Counted from the first letter of the whole stretch, positions 49,840-62,310 are shown. The stretch: DNA of 62,522 nt, filler included, from Sphacelaria rigidula (GCA_964200075.2; 6 parts of 6 records of this genome joined end to end with filler, not necessarily neighbours in it); one strand, 5' to 3'. A program made the numbers and translations. Notes: a model not told the origin generated them from the letters alone.

Positions 49840-50670
49840 TGATGGGGAGATGAGAGTACTAAAACATGATGACTAAAGAAGAACATGCAGATAAAGAGAT
49901 TGTCAGCTATAGTTGATAGGATTGTTTGGAAGAAAATGACGAAGAGGCAGGCTGGAATATGGTGGGATAGAGTAGTCGAGAACGTATGGAAGAGATAGGA
50001 GGGAACCAAGATAAGCTTTTCTCCATAGGTGAATGCGGCGGGTTAAAGACAAGAGTAAGCGACATGACAGCAATAAGGGAAAAAGAAACGCTGAGACGGA
50101 AAGTAGACGAGGAAGAACATCTAAATATTCACGGGGGGTTGAGAGAGAGGATAGGGATGTCTGCATGACCCAATGAGGGACTCCGTCCGCGAAAAAATTG
50201 AAACTGCGATTCCGGGTGGGGTACCTGGACCTGCGAGGGAGAAGGGAGAGATCCACCAGTAGTCGAGTGGAGGGGGGAGAGATGAACAGAAGCACCCCTG
50301 TGCCAAAGCAACAAAGAGTGGAACTCATATATAGTGGCAGAATGTGGACAATACAAGGAGGAATGGGACGTGCTAGAGGGGAAATGCGGGAAGTAATCAA
50401 GGGTGGCATAAAATCTTTTGATGCATTCGAAAGTAGGTGGATAGCGATGGCCATACTAGGAGATAGATGGTGGCCACAGGCGGCGAAAAAGGACGGGGAT
50501 AAGATATGTGAAACATTTTTGCGCAAGGTATGGAATAAACGTAATGAGCACCGAAGTGTCGGAGGTCTCTATTAGGAGTAGGAACGGTGCTCCATCTCGA
50601 AAGGGATGCGTGGTCAATGATCAAACGACCAAGCCAAGCAAAAATAAGCCCCCCACCCCCCCCCCCTCCT
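49840..50670 (+). mobile_element. 5'-truncated LINE L-A (ORF2 C-terminus, C-rich tail), intronic
   Basis: KLRFRVGYLDL, ILGDRWWPQAAK, SRNGAPSRKGCVVN; ends AAATAAG(C)n; left flank ACCCCCCCTCC recurs in the tail. Confidence 0.88.
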
Positions 50671-50859
50671 TCTCTCTCGCTGATTTCTCCCTCGAAATAG
50701 GTCTTGCTGAGCCCCAATGATGACTACGGAAAATGTACCGTATGTCTAGACAAGAAACAAAGTGGGATACTCGACAGGCTTCCCAAGTGCATGCTTCCTC
50801 CCCACAAAATAACTCGACCGGCGAAGTTGATCGACATTGAGGTGTGCACACATGTATAG

Positions 50860-51095
50860 CGCGATAACCGCCCCCAAAACAGTCCCAAAACTGTCACGAA
50901 TAAAATGCTCACCCAGCGCATAAAAGCCGGTTTCAGATTTCATCCAGCCCCTCGTATGGGCGACATTGGCAAAAACGATCCCAAAGCATGGGAATTTCCC
51001 AGCTGCTCGGTATGCTCGGCTTGTCATCTCCTTTCACATACATGTAGATTTTGCCTCCTAAAAACAGCAAAATTCTTCTGGAGAGGGTTACCGCG
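50860..51095 (+). mobile_element. MITE family A, diverged copy
   Basis: Core GGCGACATTGGC...TCCCAGC...TGCTCGGC...AGATTTTGCCTCC; ends CGCGATAACC / GGTTACCGCG. Confidence 0.75.
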
Positions 51096-51305
51096 GCACC
51101 ACTCACAACCCATCGAAAATTTCTTCCATCACAACAGCATGCTATTATAGACGAGCAGAGGGGGCGCACCGGACAAGAACCACCCATCAAGAAACAAAAC
51201 CAACACCAACACCAAAAATGGATAATAACATCGAGAAAAACTTACATCCGTATCGTTGACCTCCACAGCCTCAAGTAAGTCAAACCGATCGCCAGACATG
51301 CGTAC

Positions 51306-51386
51306 CATCTCTTCCGCATGGATCAGGCGTTGGATATGCGGATCTGTGGAAAGTTGCAACGGAGTTCTTCCCTCGTTGTCCTGCAT
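51306..51386 (-). CDS. Ankyrin-repeat protein, upstream exon
   Basis: MQDNEGRTPLQLSTDPHIQRLIHAEEM; CAG acceptor; GTACGC donor; phase 0 joins 48649. Confidence 0.75.
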
Positions 51387-52088
51387 CTGCTCCCAGGACG
51401 TCGGGGTGGGGGTGGGGGTGGAGGTGGAGGTGGGATCAGGGCAGGGATACTTTTTTAACTCGTTGGGTGGAGAAAATGGCATCAATGTCGATATAGACAG
51501 ACAGCCCAGACATGACATTTGGAGCACGTGTGGACCAACAATTGCGGTACGCTCTGAGATGCACTACGAATGACATACTGTATGATGACCGACAAAATCG
51601 GGAAAACATATCAAAAGTGCATGATGGTGAAGTGACATGCGAATTTCACTACAGGAAGGAAGCACCCCCCCCCCTCCGGCCCCTCTCCCCCACGTCTCAC
51701 ACCACAGCCAAGGTGTATCGATCTCAGGGAACAACGGCCTTCCCTGAGAAGCTAGGGTATGGGACATAATATGACATGACATAGATGAAACAACCTATAA
51801 GCATTCGAAACATGGCATAGGCCTACTGCAACTACTGTAGTTGCAATGGACCTATACTTCACGAAGTACAATTCTTCTTCTATTGCAACTGTTGAACACA
51901 TGTTGTCCGGGGTGTGAAAAGTTGACGACATACAGGAGGTGTGTGTATGGTTAGGGTGTGGAGCATCCTTCGATCAGAGGGTGACTGGTTTCTACGCACA
52001 AAACCTTCATCGTTTTAAAACTGGGGGGGGGGGGGGGGGGGGGGGGAGAAAAAAAAAAACAAAAGTGGGGACCCAGACAAAAAACCAC

Positions 52089-52188
52089 NNNNNNNNNNNN
52101 NNNNNNNNNNNNNNNNNNNNNNNNNNNNNNNNTTAATTAATTAANNNNNNNNNNNNNNNNNNNNNNNNNNNNNNNNNNNNNNNNNNNN
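52089..52188. other. Artificial scaffold-joining spacer 5
   Basis: N44-TTAATTAATTAA-N44. Confidence 0.98.
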
Positions 52189-55100
52189 AGCACACGTGGA
52201 ATAAAAAAAAGACTCACTCGAAGCGAACGATCAAAGCCACTCTCAATCTCACGAAAACACTGTTTATGCCGACCTGTTCGACTTTTTCTGTTCCTTCTTT
52301 TTCTTCGAGTGTATCAGTTCTGTTATGTCTTGGGTACGTTTATCATGTTACCACGGCGGGATCCCAGGGGGGTCTGTTGAAGTGCGGCAATCAATCAATC
52401 AAATCAGTCATAACCACAACGAGCGAAATGAAACGCGTATGAGTCGACCTATTGCTTGTGTTCAGGTTTTCTTTGCACGTATCATCCGCCCCCCGGGACC
52501 GACGGGGAGAGTGAGGGGAAGTCACGACGCCATTCATCTACGGTGACACGAGTCTTTGTTTACGCTGCTTTGTCGATGCCAGAAAGACGATTTAACATGT
52601 GATGCTTGGATGCGCGAGCCACGCACTCCCTTGAAATTTTCACCACCTCACCTCCGAACGAACGGAGTTTACAGCGGCGGTGTCAGCCGCATGAGCGTCC
52701 TCGGAATCCATGCGCGACATGCCAATCGGAGTGCAACCTATGCTCCCTGTGTCAACCGGCCGAGATGAGAGGTGCGGCGCATGGAGTTTCCAAACGGGAA
52801 AGTGAGCCGTCTACCGTGGGGCGTTGCTGTCCTCCGTGCGGATGAGTTTTACAAAAGTAGGAGAGTGCAGGTGATGTCGCGCACAGTTGGCGAGGCCTCG
52901 ATCCCGATATCGTACTCATCCGGGAATGCGTCAGAACAAAAACAGACAGTACAGTCGAGTACAGTACAGTACAGTACAGTGCTACACAAGACGGGCGTCT
53001 TGACCCCAATCAGTACAAATCGTTCGCGATGCAGTAAGCACACATACGTTACGATACTCAGTCCACGAGCCCATCAAGTATAACGCGAAAGGGCGGCACT
53101 TCTCGCGCCTGCGGACAAGCGAAAACGTGGTCTCGTTTCACCGTCTGGCAGGGTCGTGGATCATGCGGCAAGGTCCTGGAGGGGTTTAGGCCAAGATCAC
53201 ACGCCGTTCTGGACACTACACGGGTTGATTGGCCCCCAAATTTTGCATGGCGCCGGCCAACTAAATGATGGACGCGACGGCGCACGCGCTGCAGACGATT
53301 CATCAGAGGGTCTCGGACGCACTCGCTTCTTGGCGAGGGCGTGCGGGTGCCGACTGCTGCCTGAAAAGTGCACACCTGCCACTGGGGGCATCGACCTTGC
53401 CACCCACGGGATGAAACGAGAAGATTCCACTTGCTCAGATGCTTGCGCACGTGGTGGAGGTGGCTCTCCTCACTCCTTGTGGTACTTCGTCTGCTGTAAC
53501 TACTGTGCTGGCGGCTGCAGTGGGTCACACCCATGGGCCAAGCTGTTGCTCATGCCCCGTACAAGTTGTCATGCTCTAGCTCCCGAAACGCGAGTACGTG
53601 CGGTCATGGATGATGACGAAAAACGACACAAATGCACACCCTATGCTAGAATGTCATGCGTTTTTTTTTTTCTGCTCCTTTTTTTGTTTGTCTTTGAGCG
53701 TGTCTCAGTTTCGTTTTTCTTGGGTACGTCTATCATGAGACAACGGCTGGACCCCTGGGGGGGTCAGTTTAAGTGCGACAATCCAAAAAATCAATCACAC
53801 CCTTTATCCCGGTAGTACACGGCGAGGTTGTGCAGAATTCTCTACATGCCGGTCTCACCCCGCGCGCACGGAGTTCAAGTCACACTTGTGTACAGTATAT
53901 ATGTATGATACTGCTTGCTGTCTGTGTGTACGTGGTGTACTACCCCTCGCTTCACCACATCTTTTACAGCGGTTGGTGTTGCAGCTAAGCGTTCATTTGC
54001 CCTTCTAGGTGGTGCACGCAGGAGTAAAATACCGCCTCTCCCGCTATAATGGCTGCGTTAGTCTTGAGCGGAGCTGTATGGTAACTCAGCCGCTATTGCG
54101 CGCAAGCCAGCTGAAACATTTCATACCGTGGAGATTTTTACACTCCGTCTTGAAGTGATACTGCGCAAGTCGCAGTAGGAAATAGCTTCTATACTGTGCA
54201 CAGTACATTCCTTTAGATTGTATACTGACTGTAAAACGCTTTTGTCCAGGGTGTGATATATTTCCATATTTATCAGGCGGTGAGACCGTGAAATAATCAA
54301 CAGCACATGGCCGAAGTAAAAGTGAGGCAATCACCGAAATATTCACGTGCAAAGCCTGTGCGGAGGTACTCTCAATCGATAACGATAGAAGAACCCCAGT
54401 CCAACGACCATCCCGGCTGCCAGCCTGTTTGCACGGCCGTCCCGGTAGTGGTGGGACTGTCTGCACCGAGATGTCGCCCCCAGTGCCAGGTACGCCGGCA
54501 AGGGTCCGTCGCACCACCCACTGGTCGCGCGACAGGAGCTTGACATCCGATTGTCGACCGTTTTGGAGGAGAAACGTTCAGCTCCCAACCGTCATATATA
54601 TCTCGGATCATAAACGAGCGTTCATCCACAACTGGACGAAGATTGATGAGGAGGCCGGCAGGATCCGTCGCAGGCAGCGTGCTCAGCTGTCACTGTACCC
54701 ACTAAAATCGTCATCAGGCAGCAAGGTGTTGAAAAAATGAAACCCCACGCACTGTGATTATCCACCGTATGAATGCAGACCGGGCCATCAGCGACTTCCC
54801 CTGCTGCAGCTGTGACTGATACCTCCCTCTAATACCAATTTACACATTCTCCATGCTTCGGCGTCATCCGACGCGAGGTGCGGATTCTCTCAACGGGTTA
54901 AGCTGCCAAAACACCGCCACCATATTATGGAAAAGAAGTACCACTGGGTAGAGAAAGACAGAGCAGGCACGGTCCTGGCATTGAATTTCTGTTCCTACCG
55001 CCCTTCATAGACTACATGGCATTTCACCTGCACTAGGCTTTTTTTTTTATGCGCGCATATAATTCGCATAAATGATGGGTTCTTGTTCTTCGGCCTTCCA

Positions 55101-55415
55101 CAATACATGAAGTAATTGTAACGCCTCGGCGGGGTTTTCGCTTTTCAAACGACCCCTTTTGAACGAGACGCGAAAACGCATGAAAAGTAAGAGCCGAACC
55201 TGCACGGGTCTGTCGGTGATCCCGTAATACCCATCCATCCTACATTCTATCATACTTCGTGCTACGCTGTCGTTCTGGTAGGGTATTGGAGTACACTGTA
55301 GAATACACAGGGCAACAAAGCGTGGCGACGCGCCAAGAGTCCTACTCGGCATTCTCTGTCCCTTGCTGACAACCGCTCCCTTACCAACACAGGAGATGAG
55401 ACAAACACGGATGAA

Positions 55416-55571
55416 ATGGGAGAGAAGGAGGAGGCAGAAGAGGTGAACACGACGCTCTGGGAGCAGATGACCGCGCGAGAACAGCGGGCGGCAGCTCATC
55501 GCGCCGGCATGAGGGCTGGCGATTGGCAAGCCCAAAGACAGCTGCAAGACGCCCTTCGAGAGAGCCGCCTG
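55416..55571 (+). CDS. Probable first coding exon of FBXO9-like gene
   Basis: ATG, 52 codons MGEKEEAEEVN...LRESRL, CTG|GTAACC donor in phase 0 with 56639. Confidence 0.6.
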
Positions 55572-56638
55572 GTAACCTTGTTTTGTTGCAGTCGAACGGG
55601 ATGAACGGAGTAGCGTGCAGTACAGCGACACCTTCGGGCGATGCTTTTTTCGGTCACAGCGGTTCTCTAGACAAGTCGTGGATGTACCGCCCCACGGGAT
55701 TTACTCGTTTGAAAATATATTGTCATGATCCTGCTATATACGGCATCTCTCGGGGAGTGGGTGCGTCCGTGGCCAGGGCCTTTGTGACTTTTATAACTGG
55801 GGACTTGGTATGCGTGATGGGTGCGGGTAGGCGGTGGGCACCTCTTCTCTGTGCTGTTAGAGGTTGAATACTCCGACCGCGGGTCCGAGCAGTTGTACAA
55901 GGGCATCCGCGACACGAAGAATGTAGTGGTGATATCGCTACGCAAAAGTAACGCAAACGAATCTAATATTAGTCTCGCTTAAAGAAGTGATTTTCATCAG
56001 GACGTATGCCGCTACTCCTCATGCTGGCCACTCCTTCGTTTAACGTTCATGTCTCACGCTCTGGCACATACTGAAGGGTTGCCCTTTCCTGGCATGATTT
56101 GGTTGCACACGAGTTCGCGTGAGGGTGAATATTACCGTGTGTAGCAATGTTTGCTACGCCTGCAGAACATGGTTAATGGGTGTGCGGAGGGATTATGAAT
56201 ACATGCCCCCTCACTGCCTTCAACATGTCGGATATGTTGTTTCTCAGTTCGCGTCGTGCGTTGATCACGTCTGACAAGCTGTTCGATTTTGCGCGTGATT
56301 TTTTGCGTTTACCCGGCTCCCTACTGCCGTAAAATCAAAACCCTGAGCCACTACCGGCCTGTTTTTGTGGTGCATGTGTTTTTTCACTCGAACCAGGTTC
56401 TCAGCCTTTCTTCTTTTCGTACGTTCGACTCCCCCCGCCTCCTCTCTACCTCGCTTCCCCATTCGTCGAGACACGTCCGAAACTCGCGAGATGAGCCCAT
56501 CCTCCCCCGGTATCCTGCTTTGCACCTCATGATCGCCTATTTCATCAGTCCTCCTACAGCCTATCGACTTCCGTCCAGCCACTTCGGTACTCTAATTATA
56601 ATGCTCATGCCTCGGCACACATCTCCGCGCGCCGACAG

Positions 56639-57774
56639 GAAAAAAGCGCTAGAGACATATCCGCAGCCGCGACAACGGCGGTAGCTGCACAAAACCAACC
56701 GGATAATACGGACCCCGCTATCCACGCGGCAGCCGCGCAGAAAACAGTAGAGGGTGAAGAAAACCAGCGAAAAACGACGGCCGACCGACAGTTGCAGCGA
56801 AGCGGCCATACCTCGTCGCCGGCGCCCGCTTCGACCATTGCCGCCGCGGCTGCACGTAGTAACGGTGAGGAAAGGAACGAGCCCTCGGTAGAAGTCTTGG
56901 AGGAACAACGACCTTGGCGTCAAGAACGAGACGATGCTGGAGCTGCAGACTACGAGGAGGACGATGAAGAGCTCGACCCCCTGGAGCTTGTGATCACCCA
57001 GGACGGAGGCATTGTACCGATCGTGTCCGCAGCTGCTGTAGCGGCCATAGAACCAGGCTCACCAGCGGTTGCGGGGGCGAAAGTTCGCTTGAGGTCGGAA
57101 CACGGGAGTCCGTGTGCATCCACCACGGCTGTTGGCGCCGTAGCCGTTGGCGCCGACCGGCAAGACGCTGCTCGGTGTCACCCGAGTGAGGGAAACGCTT
57201 GGGCAGAGAGCACGGTGAAGCTCAGGAACCGTAAAGCCAAGAGATCTACCGGGGCTGGGGACACGGCAGTATCCTCTGGTGTGACAGGTGGGGACGGTGA
57301 TGGTGCGAGGGGGTTGAGCGGTGTTCGTAGTAGCCAAAGTCCCGGTTCCGGAAAGGATTCATGCAGGGCTCTGACACCGGTCGGAGACAGACCAAAATTA
57401 GGAGTTATTGAGATAAGGGAGGGCGTGAAGGGGAAGGGCGGCGAGGTTGATGCTGGCGAAAAGGAGGGGGGACAGGGAGAGGAGGAACAAGAGGGGGGGG
57501 AGGATGAAAAAGAGTTGCCGCCGGATATAGTACTTACCTTGGATGATGACGTCCTACACGGGACCATGCTGTATCTGCAGCCCGAGGATATTGTGGAATG
57601 TCGCGCCGTGAGCTCTCGGTGGGGATTTCCGCTGGCGGAGTCTGTGTACGAGGAGCTGTGCCGCAGAACGTACCTCACGCAGTCGGCTAAGAAGGTGCTG
57701 AATGTGCAAGTGTGGCGGTCGTGGGAGAGGATGTTTAAGCTGCGACCCCGTCTGCGAACGACCGGAATGTACAG
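56639..57774 (+). CDS. FBXO9: FBXO9-like F-box protein, large exon (low-complexity region + F-box)
   Basis: GACAG acceptor; F-box-like LTLDDDVLHGTMLYLQPEDIVECRAVSSRW; family-like motif SWERMFKLRPRLRTTGMY; AG|GTGTGT donor, phase 2. Confidence 0.85.
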
Positions 57775-58029
57775 GTGTGTGGAAGATGAACAGGAGAAAA
57801 ATGAACGATACACACAACACAAAAGAGTCGTTTTGCGGGAGAGGGCGCGCGGGTAGGGGGACACCGCAGAACCGTTGTGTGAAGGTATAATCTCCGGTTC
57901 ACTTGGATTCTTTCACTCTTGAGTCGGAGAGTGCTTTCAGGGGACAGGACTGGTCTAATCTCGGGCAAAAGAGCTTTCAGGGGTGTAATTGGGCGTGCCG
58001 GTTGGGGTCAGTCTCAAGCTGTCATGGTT

Positions 58030-59089
58030 CCCTCTTTTGTAACCGACCCCACGCCAACACGGGGTTGACTATGTGTCGGTAAAGTAATAGAAATTAGTCA
58101 GGGAGCGACCTGCCCAATCACGGCGAGGCGAAGTTTATCGACCAGACCCGAACGCCCAGCGCGGGGACTGTTACCGATTGTGATGGCGCTGCGAAGATCG
58201 TGTGGGGGCCCTATCCCTGGCCCAGATGAGCCCTCGCAGGTATACAAATCCAGGATGCCCGGAGTATGGCTTGTCGTATTACTTGCATTCGGTATAGCGT
58301 TCCCGGGATTTCCCGGGAGTTTTTGGATTGTCAGCCTATACTAGAACGTAGTAAGTACACCAACACAGGGTGGAGTGGGAAAAACCGGGAAGGGGTGTAC
58401 ATGTCACAATGTGGGGATTTTCACTTGGCACTTAACCCAGGTGGACCATGGAAAGACAAGAGGAGCTACCGCCATAAACTCTGGGTATCCCTCTGCCGAT
58501 GACTTGCAGAACACTGTGAACATTTCTGCAGTGGGCGGGGATCAACAAACTGTGTATAGGCAGCTGCCTTCGGTAGCTGATAACTGCCCAAAACGTGCAC
58601 GGGAGTATGCAGCGGTAGCAGCTGCTGCAGTCGGAGGGACGTACTGCACTGTACTGTACGGTACGTTATATATGTGCGCCGCAACGCCCATACCGTCCGA
58701 AGATAATTTGCTGCTTGGAACAAGGAGGGAAATCGCGGCCCACGCCGACCACAAAGGGGTGTGCGGCAAGGTGATGGGGACAATAATATCATCCAAAGCC
58801 ACGAGTAGTGGGCGGCCCGCCGGTCGCCGCCTCCTGTTGAAGGCTCTCTACGACGACCCATAGTGCTCGTTCATTAGATGTATATCACCTAATGCGCACC
58901 CCACCCGAATCGCAGTTTTATCTGCACCTGAAAATAGATTATATGAAACTTTCGGTCTTCCTCCTAGCCCTGCATGCGGCGGTCACATACGTCGATTCTC
59001 CCATGAACCCACTGTTTCGTGCAGACGCCAGGCACGTCATTCCTAACCGCAGCCTCATTGGTCGTTATGGAGGCCCGGTCCCAAAAGGG
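58030..59089 (+). mobile_element. Non-autonomous piggyBac-like element, copy 2 (in FBXO9 intron)
   Basis: Colinear with 27508-28530; right end CCGGTCCCAAAAGGG; TTAA flanks decayed. Confidence 0.85.
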
Positions 59090-59498
59090 TAGTTGTCAAA
59101 TTGAAATGAAAGATTACACACAGGCCCTCCCGCCTACGTTCGGGCAAAGGTGGTCAGATATGAGGTGTCACTACACGAGCGCGTAAGATACAGCACGTAA
59201 TACGGGCATCTTGAGTAGCTATTGCCAGTGATACCGTATGCCCGGACTTGCACCACTCGAAACGCCGGAGTGCACCGTGTAACGGCCGCATCAATTAAGG
59301 TCGCACCCAACATCGCTATTTGTTGTTGCCGTTGTTGTCGCTGTCATGTTCCACTGGCAGCCTCGAAGACCGCTTGTTCCTTCAACCCACCTCTCTTGTT
59401 GTTGGCCACCTTTACGTTTTATCATTTTTTTTTCGTGTCTTTCAACGTGATTCATTTGTCGTGTCCGTTGTGGTTTTTGGTGTTGTTTCGACTGGCAG

Positions 59499-59571
59499 CC
59501 TGAAGACTACGTACTACAAGAAGCCCGTAAGAGACATGTCCACTTCCTGGATCCCTGGCCAGATACTTGAG
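59499..59571 (+). CDS. FBXO9: FBXO9-like exon
   Basis: GGCAG acceptor completes codon AGC; LKTTYYKKPVRDMSTSWIPGQILE; GAG|GTAACT donor. Confidence 0.88.
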
Positions 59572-59892
59572 GTAACTTTTCCGGCGCAAAACAAGAGTTG
59601 CGCGCGTTGTCGTTATGTGTAACACAGTTTGTGCTCTGAGAGCACGGGTTCTGGTTTCGACATATACATATCTTCGTAGCAGCAGCAGCAGCAGAAGAAG
59701 AATCAGGTTTGCGTCGTTGCAGGCGTTGCAAGAGCGCGGGTACGATAATAAAAGTTCGACGCAAGAGTCGACGCGGTACGAGGGAGTGTTGGTCCATTCC
59801 GCGGTACCACAATGTATCGAGGCAGGCACCTGGAGAAATATGTGTTGATACCCTGGGACTGCGGCTTCGTCCCGAAGAAGAGGAGGGGATGG

Positions 59893-60164
59893 AGTAAGGG
59901 CCGGAGGGAGGGAGGGGGCGTACTCATTTGTTGCGTGCCTTATTCGTTCGACCATTGACCACGCATACCTCTTGGGACGGAGCAGTAGGGGTCGGGGGGA
60001 GGGGGTGGGGTGGGGGGAGGTGCACTCATGATCTTGCATGCCCTAGTCATGGGACTATTGACGTTGCATTCCTACAAAGCCGAGACGGAGAACACCGGGT
60101 TTTCGCCAGACTAGGCTATCACCAAGCACGAAGCGCCGCGATGTGTCGGGGGGAGGGGTGGGGG
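59893..60164 (-). mobile_element. Stacked L-A and L-B LINE 3'-end insertions in a G-tract
   Basis: L-A core ~59910-59983 flanked by AGTAAGGGCCGGAGGGA / AGTAGGGGTCGGGGGGA; L-B core 60011-60144 flanked by duplicated GTCGGGGGGAGGGG(G)TGGGG. Confidence 0.8.
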
Positions 60165-60555
60165 AGACACGCTTGTACTCGGCCCGTTACCGTCGTCGGT
60201 AGTCTACATATAAGAGTTGAATTTGATCAGCTATTGTTTGGGACTTGTTGAAAGGATGGGTATCCGCACGGCGACTAAGTCATTGAATAGTCACCATACA
60301 TGTATCCTACTATAATCCTGCCCCCCCCACCCCCCCGCCCAGCCCGCACACCACGAAACACCCGAAGAACAAAGGAGTGGCAACGGCGAATCTNNNNNNN
60401 NNNACCATTAGAATAGATCCCCCCACAAATTGCGCCTCTCACACTCCCCCCCCCCCCCCCCCCCCCCAGAAAAGAAGAAGAAGAAGCACGCGCTGTTTTA
60501 CAATTGCTGCATGTACGTGTTCCCCCGCCTCGATCTCCGTCTCCCGGACCTGCAG

Positions 60556-60651
60556 TGCACGTATTTCCGATATTTCCGGTTCTTCGGAGACGGGCGAGTG
60601 GCGTATGGTCTTACGCACAAGGCTCCGAAGGAGTTTGTTCGCATGATGCAG
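60556..60651 (+). CDS. FBXO9: FBXO9-like exon (gene continues; next exon not found in window)
   Basis: CTGCAG acceptor; CTYFRYFRFFGDG matches the FBXO9/Hrt3 YYRYxRFFxDG motif; CAG|GTGATC donor. Confidence 0.9.
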
Positions 60652-61726
60652 GTGATCTTGTTTCGCTCAAGAACGATGAGTTTGATCTCGGTTCGATCAT
60701 ATTTTCTTTCATCACCGTTGTAGAGCTGATCCCATGGCCTTTCTTGTGACTTTTTCGTTGATGAGGCGTTTATGCGGGATATCTACTACTTCCACCACTA
60801 CTACTGTAGTTCGGGAGTATCGTTAGCAGGAAGACCGAGCCGCAAATACGCTACAGCGTGGTGGGCATGCTTACTGTACGTACATGGGACAGAAGCTGAG
60901 ACCTTTCTCGGTCAAGGACCCGCAGCTAGATTTTCATCACCGTTGAGCTTGGAGTTCTGACCGTTGTTCCTTTGCTTGTTTGCTTGATTACTCCTCTCCT
61001 ATTGTTTTCCTTGTTTTGAATGCATTTTTCTCTTTCTCTTTCTCCTCAATTATATCATTTTATCCCATCAGTGTCTACACCCCGTGGGCACAGGGTCATA
61101 TATTTTTCGAAAAGGGCAGGGCAACAAGTATAATGAACTGACGCACAGTAACGTCCATGAGTCACAATTATAGGAGTAGCACCTGAAGATGGTCAATGTA
61201 CAGAACGTAGATCCATCGCGATTCTTTGTTGTTTGTGTTCGCCTTTTTTGTTGGCTAATATTGATTTAACTGGCAACAACAACAGCAGCAAGAATCGCGA
61301 AAATTGTCCGGAGTACATTGACTCAAGTACATGGCGTGCGGATGACGTTGTTCACTGTTGCTGCTGCTGCTATTTCTACGTAGACTTCAATTTTTCTCCT
61401 GCACTACAGGCTGGGCCGCCCAAGAGACCCACTTTCCTTCAGCCTGTTCTAACGGACGATGTATCGCGAGTTGTGCCCACTGATACATCGTGGTAATCGG
61501 CAAAGCAGCGTGCGTGTTCAAGTCCATGTAGCACTGCGATCAGAGAAGGTCTCATCAAACGAAATACCTAACTGTAATCAAGTGTGAAAGTGTAGACAGT
61601 TGAGGGTACTATGTGCGGCGGAATTAGCCAACACAAAACGGCTGAGATTGGATTTTCGGTTACGGTCAGTTTTGGGCCACGTGGTGCCGCACAAGCTGTG
61701 GCACAACTCCCGAGCTTAATACTCTG

Positions 61727-62310
61727 TCGTTTTCGATAAAATTTGGACATGATGTACAGGAAGTATGTACAAACACCCCTTCGTTGCTCCCGTGTGTTTT
61801 TTTCTTTTCTTCGTGAGTCATTGGCGACGGAACATTTCAGAACAGTTTTTCGGAACAAAATCGCCAATATTTCATGCAGGAAAACAAAAAATATGTTGGA
61901 GGAAAGGTTCGGTATTCGCACATACGTCCTGTGCATTGTGTCAAGATTTCATCGAAAACAGCATGAAATTGACAGCATAAATGCGTTTGAATTATTCGTA
62001 ACTGGCCCACCTCCGTATACTTTAGTAACCGCTTGTCGACGAAATGACACATTTCCTGCCCTCAATTTTGGATCGTTTTCGATGAAATTTTGACGCGATG
62101 TATAGGACGTATGTGCGAACACCCCACCTTCCATCCCTTTTTTTTTTTCTTCTCCGTGAGTTATTGGCGAATGAACATTTGAGAACATTTTTTCCGGAAC
62201 AAAATTGCCAATAACTCACGGAGAAAACAAATCAAAACAGAGGATGGAAGGTGGGGTGTTCGCACATACAGTACATCCTGTACATCGTGTCAAGATTTCA
62301 TCAAGAACTA
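61727..62310. repeat. Two tandem ~230-bp self-complementary units (period ~345 bp)
   Basis: TTTTCGAT(A/G)AAATTT...GTATGT.C.AACACCCC ... TTCGCACATAC...CAAGATTTCATC repeated at ~61728 and ~62075. Confidence 0.75.

Noticed and set aside
51306..55571. Head-to-head pairing of the minus-strand ankyrin gene with FBXO9
   Set aside because: They lie on different scaffolds separated by the artificial spacer at 52089-52188.
57178..57864. 228-aa antisense ORF over the FBXO9 exon
   Set aside because: Shadow frame of a GC-rich coding exon.
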